NCBI GenBank assembly: GCA_964016885.1
Contig: OZ024740.1
Location: 199,950,001 to 200,014,000 of the forward strand
Direction: 5' to 3'
Source: Eledone cirrhosa
Taxonomy: Eukaryota
DNA length: 64,000 bases
Part shown: positions 23,394-35,374 of the stretch, piece by piece
Numbering within the stretch: the stretch's first letter is position 1
Layout: each line of letters begins with the position of its first letter
The notes under the pieces: generated by a model
The model's database searches: none
What the model was told of the DNA's origin: nothing
What the model saw: only the letters and a program-made list of their open reading frames with translations
Translations under genes and position numbers: made by a program

Positions 23394-25430
23394 CCAACAA
23401 AAAAATTGAAACCTCGTGACCAAAAAATACCGGGATTGCGGCCGGCGGGGAATAGCCGTATCTCTAGGGGAGGACGATCCCTCTAGTCTTGGTTGACACT
23501 CGTCCTAGCTAGGAGTGGTAACACGAAATGATTATCCCCTGGCGGTTAAGGATAAAACTCAACATAATAAATAAAGCCAATGTCAAATGATAAAATCTCA
23601 TACAGAATCGGCCGTCACCCGGGTCAAAAAGGGCCGCGTCCCTCAGAGAGGAACCAGACTGGGGTCGAAAAGTCAGCTAATGGTTCAAACCTTCCCATAA
23701 TTTCGGAGCTGGAGACCTCCCATAACCGAAATACTCCTACTGTTGGCCCTCCATGCTCAACACCAAGAAATCCAAAGAAGAAGAGAGAACATTCGTCAAG
23801 GGAAGACAATAAAGAAGTCTTTCAGGCTTTCTACACTGACATGTACTACCCATCAAATAGTTCGAATACAGAACAGACATATATCAACTGGAAAAAGAAA
23901 CATCCCGAAAACAGAGACTATATTGACAGTAACAAAGTAGCTAATATACGAAGAAATATTGTTAAACAAAAGTTACCAACTGATATAAAAATTGATCAGA
24001 TCAAGCTATTAGCACAAAGTTAGCGAAGGGAAAATGAAACATGTGTCAGTGAAAACGAGGTAAATTGTAACACTTGGCATCCCAAGTTTGGGGCAGAATC
24101 ACTGACAGCAGAACAAAATAAAGAAAGGATCGAAAAGGTGGAGGGAGTGCATGCTCAAGATGAAACACTACATGAAAACAATAAGATCGTAAATGATAAA
24201 GAAATGAAAGAGAATGAACTTGCCAACTTGAAGAATGGAATTATTATCGAATGGATGAAAATGAAAGAATATGACATGGGGGAACGAGGCACTCTCCCTA
24301 AGATTCAGAACCAAAGGATAATACACACTACGAACATAATTCTCAAAAACATTATCATCACAAATAAACTAAACATTACTGATCTAAATCATGTCTATTA
24401 TGCATCGGCTAAAGTCACCACTCAACTATGTGGAGTGAAAATAATAAAAAAAACAAAGGAATTCCCACAAGAAACCTATTTGGCAAGAGAACACCAATCG
24501 CCAAATAAACCTTCTCCGATCTAACATAGACATTTTAACAAACTACAAAGTAGGTGAATATGTTAAACAAACTAAATTTAGAAAATTGACAAGAAAATAA
24601 AGTATACAATCAACAAGCGACATAGACATGCTGATAGAAATAATCAAGCAAAAAGTGTCGGCCAAAGTTGCTTTGTAAAACGATCTAGATTCTATATGGA
24701 CAATAATATGTTCAAAAACAACCAAAGAAACTTCTACAGAAAATTGGTAAGTCAACAATAACTGCTAAATCAATACCACCCAATTAGGAACTGCAAGAAT
24801 TCTGGGAAAAGATCTGGGCCGAAGAAAAAGTTCATATTATACATGCCTCATGGATAGACAGACAAATGAAAGATACAGCTCACCTTGAGGAACAAACATG
24901 GGAAAATATAACAGTTGAACAGTTTCGTTTGGCTCTTAGAAAAACCAGCTAATGGAAATACCCAGAAAAAGACAAAATACAAAATTTTTGGATAAATGCC
25001 TTCACAGAATCTCATGACCTGTTAGCCCAACTTTACAATCAAATGGTTAAGGAGCCAGAAAAGATTCCATCAAGTCTAGGTAATGGCATTACATTCCTAC
25101 TTCCGAAGAATGATGAGACAAACAATCCCAAAAATTACAGACCGATAACTTGCTTGACCACAATGTATAACATGTTAACATCAGTCTTAACTGAATATAT
25201 ATATGATCACCTGATAACAAATGATCTATTTCTCAATGAGCAGAAAGGGTGTAAACGAGGCTCATATGGCTGTAAAGACCAGCTTATGGTTAACAAAATG
25301 ATACTGGAAGATTGTCATAATAGACACAAAAATCTATCAATTGCTTGGATAGATTACAAAAAAGCATTTGATAGTTTGCCACACAATTGGATTGAAAAAT
25401 GTTTACAGATCTTCAAAATATCTCCCGTTG
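23394..25430 (+). mobile_element. R4/Dong-like LINE family B-related, 5' half (3'-truncated within RT)
   Basis: ORF pieces 23580-24023, 24138-24524, 25043-25444 (NYRPITCL, EQKGC, WIDYKKAFDSLPH) stop abruptly at FKISPV. Confidence 0.85.
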
Positions 25431-25500
25431 ATTTGAAATCATAAACATAAAGGGCCGTAACTCTATGCCATGAATCATGGTGACCGATGCTCTACCGATA
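25430..25500 (-). mobile_element. 5' (tRNA head) fragment of SINE
   Basis: gattt..a.tca.a..cataaaggg.cgtaactctatgc...atcatgg.g.ccga..ctctacc.ata aligns by eye to 32173-32245 and 32373-32440. Confidence 0.55.
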
Positions 25501-26504
25501 ATAAATAAAATAACAATATTAACGATAATAATATTTTGTTTAAGCATTAAAAATACAACGAGATTATAGTAGAACAATATTGCGCAACAAAATGTACGTT
25601 TTGCACATACTTGCGAAGTGGTTAAAGCAGTGACAGTTAGAATCCGCTATTAGGTTGAAAAGAGATCATAGATTTCAACTGTCCAAGAATGATTAGTTTG
25701 TGCAATATGTAGAAGCGGAAACGAAGCAGACAAACCAGCATGCATTTTCCTCACTGAATAGATTACAAGATCAAAATTTATAATGAGTTATCGTAGTATA
25801 TAATACATAAGGATTTTGATAAACAACAACCTGACGAGATATGTGTAATTCACTAATTAAGAGATTAGTTCTTCATGTCCCAAATCTAGTCAAACATCTG
25901 CACAGAAATAAAGGTTGCGTTTGTGGCATGATATCGGGAATTATAATATGACGTGAGCAGGATATAGTGAATACAAATATGGCGGGTGGGGATACAGATA
26001 TGATCCAGCAATATATTATCAGAGAAAATTCTCCATGTTTTCTACGTCGTATGATTAAGTGTGAGGTAGCTTATGCGTTTGTTAATGTGACGTATTGATT
26101 TGCTTCAATTCAAAATAGTGTGACTAGATTCTTTAACACTTTCGTTATAAGTGACATGATGGCTCATTTACGCCAGATTTTTAAATGAAGAGATATCTCA
26201 TAAACTTTATTGAACACTGACAATTATGGTTGTAACGATATTAATCACAATCAGATTATATTATATTAAGACTTACATCTGCCTAAATGAGAATGGAATC
26301 AAGAAGAAAATGCAGTAGAATTAAAGATTATGAACACCTCATTATATATTAAACAAATTTAACGACATTTCATGTTATATGTGACAATCCCAGGGTTTTA
26401 CAGACAGCTCCCACGTCTGCTTATTTCTGTAAATGTTGACATAATCAGTGTGTCAGCTAACATTCATACGTAAATATGTCACTGATAATGAATTTTGTAA
26501 TATA

Positions 26505-29500
26505 TCTTTCTTTATTTGCCACAGGGGCGTACAAAAAGGGACATTACAAGACGTGACGTCGAGGGTTTTACATAAAAATAACTTTAACATTAATAAACAA
26601 CAATAAACTATATATAATAAAATAACAATTGAAATCCCCAGTAGGGGGGGGGGGGCATTACTGCAGGGTTGTTTTACACCCCGTGGATAAAACAACCCTC
26701 AACACCAGGAACACTTTATGTAGGTGTTCCTGTCATCCCTCTGTTTATCTTCCTCAACCTACAGGTTTATATACAGAGAAGGCCCATTCACTCGGGCCAT
26801 TTTTGCCACATTCACCCACCTTTCAGCGAATTTACTGGGGTGTAGCACCTCTCTCTCTACTCTCACCTTCCTTCTGAAGTGGTACTTAAAGAAGGGGATG
26901 AGTTGTAGTCCGGAGAGAAAGGTATTTGCCCTCAGTCCTTTTAACCTCGTCCACCATATTACCTCTTTCGCCATATTCACCAGCCAGAGGGAAACCGCCT
27001 CTCCTTCGTTCTTAAATGAAGGCGGCGGGGTGATCCTCATTATGGACTCGGCTGACAACTGGATGCGTCCCACATGTGACAGCAACTGCTCGACATAATC
27101 CCACAGGTCGGTCACCCCTGTGCACTGAACAATTACGTGCAGAACGGTTTCGATGTCCTGCTCGCATCTTGGACAGGTCCTTTTGCCAGGATCTCTGCCA
27201 GGGCGTCCGCGTCTGTAGATTTTGTATCGAACTAGTAGAGCTCCTCGGTAGCACTGCCAGGCCAGAGATCTCTGGAAGTTATCCATAGGATAACTGGATG
27301 GAAAGTCCTCCGGAACAGACTGGTCAGTTCGTCCTCCTCGATGCCTAGAGTTTCCCCGAGAACGTTGTCGCACATATTTTCCACTAATCCCCTATAGAAT
27401 GTCGAAGTGGAGTCTCCGCTGATTGCCGTTTCCACTTGGTAAAGGGCTGTGAGCACCTGTAGGCACTAGAGGTGCCAGGCACCCATGTTCGGTCTTTGCT
27501 TGACCCAGGACTGCAGCTCTGTTAGTGGGACGAGTTGTGGAAGATCTTGTGTCACAAACGACAGCCACACCGGTTCACCGGTCAGGAATTCCTGGACATG
27601 GCCTAGCCTCAGCGCATGTTTGCGCATCATCAGCCACGGCATTCCCAGCCCTCTGTTAGAAGGATGTTGACAGCAGATGGATCTCCTCACCAATAGAGCC
27701 TGTTTCTTCCAGAGGACCTTGAAGTGTAGGCGTTCCAATTTGGTAAGGTATTCGCCAGGGCAAGGCACGACTGTCAAGCGGTAGAAGATCACGGGTGATA
27801 TGTATGTGTTCGCCACCTCCGCTCGACGTTTCAAGGAGAATGTGCACTCAGCCCACATATGGGTCATTGCAAACACCTTCGCTGTGACCTTGTTCCAGTC
27901 TTGTCCACCTGGAGGTCTGGACCGAACCAGACCCCAAGCAATTTCACCGGTCCTTCCGTCCAGCGTCCAACGACACTGGCGGATGGCATGGCTTTGCCTC
28001 TCCATGTGCCGAGTTGCAAACCGACAGACTTGTTTGAGTTTCGTATTCCTGTAATAGGTTGCTGGTTACCCTGATTTCAAAGGCTTTCGACACCATTACG
28101 GTTATTTCGTCGGCATAGGCCGACGCTGCTTTCCGCAGTCCTGGTTCGATCGGGATGCCCTGCATCTTCCGCAGTAACGGCTCGAGAGTCAGTACATACA
28201 GAATGGAGGAGAGAGGGCATCCCTGACGGATGGAACAGAATGCATGATTTGGAATGGCTCTGAAATGTAGCCATTCACCTTGACTGCCGAGCAGATGCTG
28301 GTGTGCATGGCAGCGATCCAGCCTCTGAAGACGGGACCGAAGCCGGCCGCTTTGAGAACTGCTTCCAAGTATTGATGGTCGACCCTATCAAATGCCTTAG
28401 ACTGATCTAAATTGATCAGAGCCCCAACGAAGCCAGGTTTACACTATACCCTCCCTATGATGTATCATATGAGGTGGAGGTTGTCGTGTATGGACCTGGT
28501 CGGGATTGCACACGTTTGGGCTTCCCCTACCATGTTCTCAACGACAAGCGCCAGCCTTGCTGCTAACACCTTGCCAAAATCTTTAACTCTGTGTTGAGCA
28601 GAGTTATGGGCCTGAAATTGCTTATCTCATCCTCCTTGTTGTCATCTTTCCTGATCAGCGTTACTACGCCTCTTCCTACAGAACCTGGAATCCTGCCGTT
28701 CTGCTGCCAGTTGCAGTAGACCGCTTCCAGGACGCCAGAGAACAAGTCTGGTACGCCTATGTAAAACCCATAGGGTAGACCATATAAACCGGGTGATTTG
28801 CGTTTCCCGCAGCGGCGTAGGGCATCTTCTATTCCGCTCGCAGTGATCGGCCTTTCGAAGCTCTCCGCATCGGTGCTCGAGAGTCGCGGTACGCCGTCGA
28901 GGTAGGAGGTGAAGTCCATCACCTCCCTCGGTGTGCCGCTTTGCCCGAACAGTTGTGCAAAATGCTGCTGGAAGGCCGTGCACATCTGCTTGGATTCAAG
29001 TATAATGTGTCCATCTTTGTCTTGCAAAGACCGAATTGAGGATTTGTTGCCACTTTTCGCCTCTGCCTCTCGGGCCCTGCGAACAGCTTTGGGTCCCTCG
29101 TTTCTTAGAGCACGTGTTCTACTTCTGACAATACAACCTTCGTGTTTCACGTTGACGAACTGGTCTAGTGCCGTTCTCGCCGCTAGCACAGCAGCTGTAC
29201 TGCCATTCCTAAATGCCTCTTCTATTTTAGCTACCAGTTCCTTTTCAGTTTTGTTTTTTTCTAAAGCTACTTCCTTGCTAAATGCTATCGATTCTATTCT
29301 AATTGCTCGCTTGAGAGAGCTCCACCACCTGTTGTTGACGATCGCCCCCGTCAACTGGCACTTAACTAAGGTGCTAGGTACTAGGCCTTACGCGCCGGGA
29401 GCGACATGTTTAGCTTCCAGTATTCGGGTTCCTGTCTATGTGTTCTATCAAGGTTGACTACGCAGGTGACTAATCTGTGGTCTGAATAGGCAACCATGTG

Positions 29501-32150
29501 CATTCTGTCTAATTAAAAATCTATCTAAATACGAACTAGAAGACCAGGTGCGGTTGCTCCACGTCCACAGTGGTGCACTTGGGAAGTCTAGTCGATATCT
29601 CTTAGCCAGTTGGAATTGGCTGATGATATTTTTGAGGCTATTACACACCCCTCTATTATTACAAGCTCCTACATAGTCCCAACGTGCGCCTAAGATGCCA
29701 TTCCAGTCCCCCGATAACACTAGGGTGCGAGACGTTCCCAGGAATGGCTCCAGACGCTTGAAGAACTCTGGTCACGATGTCCCCGTCGGGGCATATACGG
29801 CCACCAGTCTGAAAGCTCCTCCTTCACTACCATTCACGTCCAGGATCACCAGGCTTCCCTCCGGGTCTAAGTGAATCGTCTGAATTTTGAGATCCAAGTT
29901 TTTTTCGAAACAGAACAGCAACTCCCCTCCACCTCCTGACTAACAGAGAGATGCGTAGATCTCAAAGTCTTCGAATATGTGGGTTAGCTTCTGCTTGTCG
30001 TGAATCCTGGACTCGGTGATACCTATCACATCTATACAATGTGACCTGGGATAATTTAAAAGCTGACCTTGTTTCCAGGACATGCCCTGGCCACGTACAT
30101 TAAAAACATCCAGCTTGTACAGTCGCCATGTTGGTGAAGGAGAGTTAAGGAGAGAAAAGGCAGGAACACTTACCTTTTCGTTTCCTGGAGGTCGGGTTGT
30201 TCGATCTCCATGTCCAGATTGGTGATGTTTGGGGAGGGAGGGAATCATTTTAGCAGAACACGGTTAAGGGTCTTTTGACAAGGGGGGCCCACATCATGTG
30301 GGAAGTTATCTTTTGAAGTTTCATACTGTAGGGTTGTTACCCTGATAAGTTTGAGTTGTGGGGGTGGGTCATAGCTGGGGAAGGTTTTCACTTCTGTTTG
30401 TATTGTGGGGTCCGAAAGGACCCCACAATACAAACAAAAGTGTAATGTGTTTTTTTTTTTTATGTGTACTGTTTCTGTTTGTTGTTTTCTTTTTGTGGTC
30501 GGGGTTTGTGATTGTGGTGGTGTGGCTGTTTGTTTTGTTGGTGAAGTGTTTGGTTGTGTTAGTGGTGACTGTGTTGTTGGTGTGTGTGTCGTTTGTGGTG
30601 GTGTGTTTATGGTGGGGTTGGGGGTGTGCGTGTTTTCTGTAGATGTTTTTGTGTTTTTTTTGTGTCTGTTTCGTTTTGGGGATTTTTGGGGTTCCTCTTC
30701 ATTCTCACTTGGAGATGTAGAGGTTCTCGTGTCTGAAACTTCTGAATCAGGGGTAGATGGGAGGGATATGTTATGTGGTGGAGTGTTTGTGTAGGTGTTT
30801 GCGGAATTATTTGACAGGGGGGGGAGGCAATGGAGGGTTTTTCAGTGGGATTTTGTGTGTGTGGTTGTCTCTGGTCTGTGGTGGTGTAGGAGTGGATGTT
30901 GCAGGTTTGTGTGTTGTGTTTGCTTTGGAGTGTTGATGTTGGAGTTTTGGTGTTGGTAATAACACCTTGTTTGTCCTCGGTTTGTTTAAGAGAAGGCAAA
31001 AGGCCTTTACGTGTGTGGTTTTCCCACACTCATGGCACTCAGGTCTTTTCCCCTCCACTAAAACGGAGATGACATCTTCCTCAAGGAGGATCCTGTCCGG
31101 TATTCTCTCAACTCTCTCTGGCCTCATTTGTACCAGAACCTCGATGCAGGTTCCAAACCAGTTATGCCGGCCTGTCCTGTCTACAGATAGGAGGGTGTCC
31201 TCATCCTTCCTCAGGATGCAGCGTAGGATCCACCATTGTTGACTTCTGTTGGGATCCTGATTATTTATATTTTGTAGGATCTTCTGCCCATGTATGTGGG
31301 GAGGAAGACGTGTTGATCCGTTTTTATTGGGTCAACCGAGTGTTTTTGTGCCAGAGTTTCGCTCTTAAAGAGGACTGACACACTTCCATACTGTTTACCT
31401 CTTTGGAGGTATGCCACGTCTGGCTTGGTGTCTTTTAGTGCAGCTTCAATAGTACTTGTTGGGAGCGTTATGGGTTTTTTTGGTAATGATGTCAACTGTT
31501 CTATAAATTAGCTTCTTTTTCTGTGTCCTTTCTCTTACTTGTAGGGGTGTGTGTATGTGTGGGGTGTCTGCCTCAAACGTCACATAGTTAGAAGCTTCTT
31601 CCAAATATTGGGACTTTTGGCAAATGTCCATGGGGTAGTATTTAAAATCCTGTTGCTTAGTAACGGTTGCTGCAAATGAAATGTTGTTATTGGTGGTGAT
31701 GATGGTGTCATTCGTTGTGTTGCCACTGATTCTTTTTGTTGTGTTGTTATTGTTGCTTGTGGTGGAGTTAGTATTTGCTACACATACTTCCCTCTGTGTG
31801 TGGATACATGTGACGTTTGTGATGTCAGGCGTGATCAGTTGCTTACAAGCAGCTGAAGCTTGTTCTACTTCTAAATGTTGAGGCGATAATGTTAGCATTT
31901 CTTTGTCCATGTTGCTACTACCTGCTAGTAAAGTAGGCATGGCTTTCCCTTCCCATCTTCTTGTTTTGACAAAGAAGTAAGTGCCTTTGTTTCGGCCATT
32001 TTTTTAAAATTGAATTGTTTTGCAAAAGTTTTGCGAAAATATTTTGGATGTTTTTGCCCAGAGGGGCACGATATTTTGGGAGACTGACCAGATCAAAATT
32101 TGACCTGTCAGTCCCTCTACAAATTGGTATAAAAATAAAAGTTCAAAGAT
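26505..32150 (-). mobile_element. Tx1-clade LINE, copy 3, near full-length, more degraded subfamily
   Basis: ORF1 pieces (EGKRPECHECGKTTHVKAFC) and ORF2 pieces (FNVRGQG, GDWN, YLDR, KSPGL.G, NFRPITLLN, AYADE, CPRC). 3' AATAAA at ~26511-26516. Confidence 0.9.
26759..30129 (-). pseudogene. Tx1 ORF2 (APE+RT), disrupted
   Basis: ORFs 29940-30248, 29448-29720, 28563-29354, 27944-28165, 27466-28005 and 26759-27373. Confidence 0.87.
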
Positions 32151-32152
32151 GC

Positions 32153-32258
32153 AAGGCAAAGTTAACCTCGCGGGATTTCAACTCAGATCATAAAGGTAGG
32201 TAACTCTATGCTTCAAATCATGGCGTCCGACCCTCTACTAATACGGCCAATATCGCGG
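32153..32258 (-). mobile_element. Partial tRNA-derived SINE (5' half)
   Basis: aaggcaaagttaacctcg..ggattt.aactcag, same family as 5188-5379. Confidence 0.7.
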
Positions 32259-32265
32259 TATTTTA

Positions 32266-32447
32266 AATAATTGTTTCTACTGTTGGCATAAGGCCAGCAA
32301 TTACTCAGTGCATTACTGGTACTTAATTTTATCGACCCCGTAAGGAGGAAAGGCAAAGTTAACCTCGACGGGATTTAACTCAGACCGTAAAGGGACGTAA
32401 CTATGCTGGAAAACATGGCTTTCAAATCTCTACCGATACTGCCAAAT
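32266..32447 (-). mobile_element. tRNA-derived SINE
   Basis: Reverse complement aligns along its length with 5188-5379. Confidence 0.8.
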
Positions 32448-33747
32448 GATAAAGACAGTCATGATAACAATAACCCGAAATATAGGATTAAAAAAAAATT
32501 ACCGAGCAAGTTTAACACATTTGTCCATCCCAGAATAAAGTAGCAGACAAAGGAATGGTACTCTGTGTTTCATTAGAGAATTTGATAGATGGGTGCTTCA
32601 CACTTCAAATCATGCCACGGCCTGCTTAGCTGTTTTATGTAATCTATACTTCCAGGTTAACACACTTGGATGTCTTTGGTGGAGTCCATTCTGCTCATAT
32701 ATTTTTGGGTAAGTCGACGGTTTAAGGGCCCCTTCCCCCTTTCCATTGTCTCACAGACGTTCAGGGTAAGAGATAAATGGAAGGGTAAATGGAATTTTAC
32801 TCTAGCATTTTAGAGATTTATGAAATGTTGCGTTGTTCGATCCTTGGTTCATTACGGTTCCGATAAAATGTAAACAATCAAAGCAGAAATGCCTTTCATC
32901 CCAGGTGTCCTCTCTCATAGCTATCAACACATTGACAGCATCAATATTAACCATAAGTAAGTATACAAATCTACCTCACACTGTTCCAATGATTAGTTCT
33001 CAAGTTGTTTGATCAGCACAACGGCTTAATCGTTACATTGACATCTAAGTGGATGCATATTGCTTAGGTACGTGTACTTATAACATGATGCTGAAGAATT
33101 ATGCGTTATACAGTGTGACTACGCTGTAGATTTTAATTATATGTACTATCCATCCGACATCCGATCCAATTTCACACAAGTCTCGGGACGATCAGAGGAT
33201 AAAGTAAAGGATAATAGTCGAAGGTGCTGTGCAGTTGTATTGAAACCTTAGGCTCAGGATATTGAAACGATTTTTTTTAACGATTCTTCCATGCTGAATA
33301 TCTACACCAAGAATAAACTTAAATATGAACATATATACATCATAAACACTCAAGTAGAGCGACATACCAATACAAAAATATGGAAATGTAATTAGTAAAA
33401 ATAACTAGCTATGTCAGCAACTATCTCTCCGACACGATGTTTGCATTGTTTCGTCGATGATGGAATACAAGCAACATATTCTACTCGACGTTCTAATGAC
33501 TGCACATTCGTCACACTATTGTAATCTTATCAATGCTCTGTCGATCACCAACTGATTTTTCGCTGTTTGTCTGTTGGAGATTGACATACTATTCATGAAG
33601 TTCCAGGCATTGATTAATAAATTACTTACCAATAAAGAAATGAGTCAAGGATACTGCGTAGAAAAATTGTCAAGGTAGCCGAACAAAACTGCAAGTAATC
33701 TTTTACATACTTTGTTCGCTATTTTATTTCCGATATCATTGACGGTT

Positions 33748-33749
<2 letters not shown>

Positions 33750-33805
<56 letters not shown>
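33750..33805. repeat. (TAA)n microsatellite
   Basis: Direct inspection. Confidence 0.97.
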
Positions 33806-34540
33806 GGAATGTTAATGGCTGCGCAGGAGCAGGCCCTCAGAACGAAGTGGTTGAAACACCATATTTACAAGGAGGAGGCTAGCCCACTGTGCAGGATCTG
33901 TGGAGAGAGAGAGGAGACTGTGGCTCACATTGTATCCGAGTGTAAACACCTAGCCCAGACCCACTATAAGGGCTGGAGACATGATGTGATGGGCAGGGTG
34001 ATCCACTGGCACCTGTGCAAAGTAAACAGTTTACCACATTCTGAGAAATGGTATGAGCATCAGCCAGAGGCGGTGATGGAGAACGATTAGGTGAAGGTGC
34101 TGTGGGATTTTAGGATACAGACGGACAAGAAACTGGAACACAATAGACCTGACCTGGTGGTTGTGGACAAAGAAAAAAGATCGTGTCTGATTGTGGATGT
34201 GGCCTGCCCATTCGACACGAGAGTGCAAGAGAAGGAGAGGGAGAAAATTAACCGATACCAGGACTTAAAGTGGGAGGTAAAAAGGATTTGGAACTGCCAT
34301 GAAGTCAAAGTGATCACGATTGTCATAGGCGCACTGGGGACTATCTCCAAAAGTTTCCAGGGATGGTTAAAGAAAATCGGCCCCTTCACGCTTTTTGGAA
34401 CGCTTCAAAAGGCATGCTTGCTGGGAACAGCAAGAACCCTCCGATACGTCCTGAATATCTGAGGCTGCAGGTAGTGGCTTGATATTCATTCCAACGGACT
34501 TTCCGATTAACTAACATCAATGACTGAGATTCAAGGAATA
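33805..34540 (+). mobile_element. 5'-truncated R4/Dong-like LINE family A
   Basis: Highly similar to 19110-19840. ORFs 33809-34090 and 34091-34462 (CCHC+RLE) are split by one stop. (TAA)n on both sides. Confidence 0.92.
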
Positions 34541-34551
34541 GTAACAATAAT

Positions 34552-34632
<81 letters not shown>

Positions 34633-34792
34633 TTGCCGCTCTGAAATAGCGATATATATATGAATGTATATATAGTGTATATTGCAATACACTGTATGCT
34701 TAATTAAAAGCATTTCGAAGACCTTATGCTATTGTTTTAAAGTACTGACAGCCTCACATACTTCCAATTGTCAGCAAAGAGGTGGAGTACTT

Positions 34793-34837
34793 GGCTTTGA
34801 TAAGTACCAATCAGTACGAAACATAGCTCTGTCAGCT
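34793..34837 (+). ncRNA. Type I hammerhead ribozyme (U3-A8), GUC site
   Basis: GGCT-TTGATAA-GTAC-CAATCA-GTAC-GAAAC-ATAGCTCT-GTC-AGCT. Stem I extends via GGAG/CTCC and TCAGCAAA/TTTGCTGA. Confidence 0.75.
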
Positions 34838-35113
34838 TTATCTCCCCTGTTTGCTGAACATTTAAAGTAAGTGAGACTGTCACTACTTTAAAACAATAGC
34901 ATAAGGTCTTAGAAATGCTTTTAATTAAGCATACAGTGTATTGCAAAATACATTATATATACATTCATATATATATCGCTATTTCAGAGCGCCAATTCTA
35001 ATTTTCAATTTCTGCTTGACCAGCAACCGCTCTGTATAATCAGTTCCTGATTATTACTAGAAATTCTATAAGAATCAAGCATTCATGATTTTCAGCAAAG
35101 ACGTGGAGTACTT

Positions 35114-35158
35114 GGCTTTGATAAGTACCAATCAGTACGAAACATAGCTCTGTAAGCT
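35114..35158 (+). ncRNA. Type I hammerhead ribozyme (U3-A8), GUA site
   Basis: Same motif as 34793-34837 with a GTA cleavage triplet. Confidence 0.75.
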
Positions 35159-35284
35159 TTATCTCCCCTGTTTGCTGAAAATTTAATGTAAGTGAGACTG
35201 TCACTACTTTAAAACAATAGCATAAGGTCTTCAAAATGCCTTTAATTAAGCATACAGTGTATTGCAAAATACACTATATATACA

Positions 35285-35324
<40 letters not shown>

Positions 35325-35325
35325 T

Positions 35326-35374
<49 letters not shown>

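Larger units (their letters stand above)
34626..35290 (+). mobile_element. Hammerhead-bearing non-coding element (PLE pLTR or retrozyme-like): inverted arm plus 321-nt-period tandem copies
   Basis: 34626-34763 is the reverse complement of 34865-35002; 34771-34970 repeats at 35092-35290. One hammerhead per copy; (TA)n on both sides. Confidence 0.75.
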
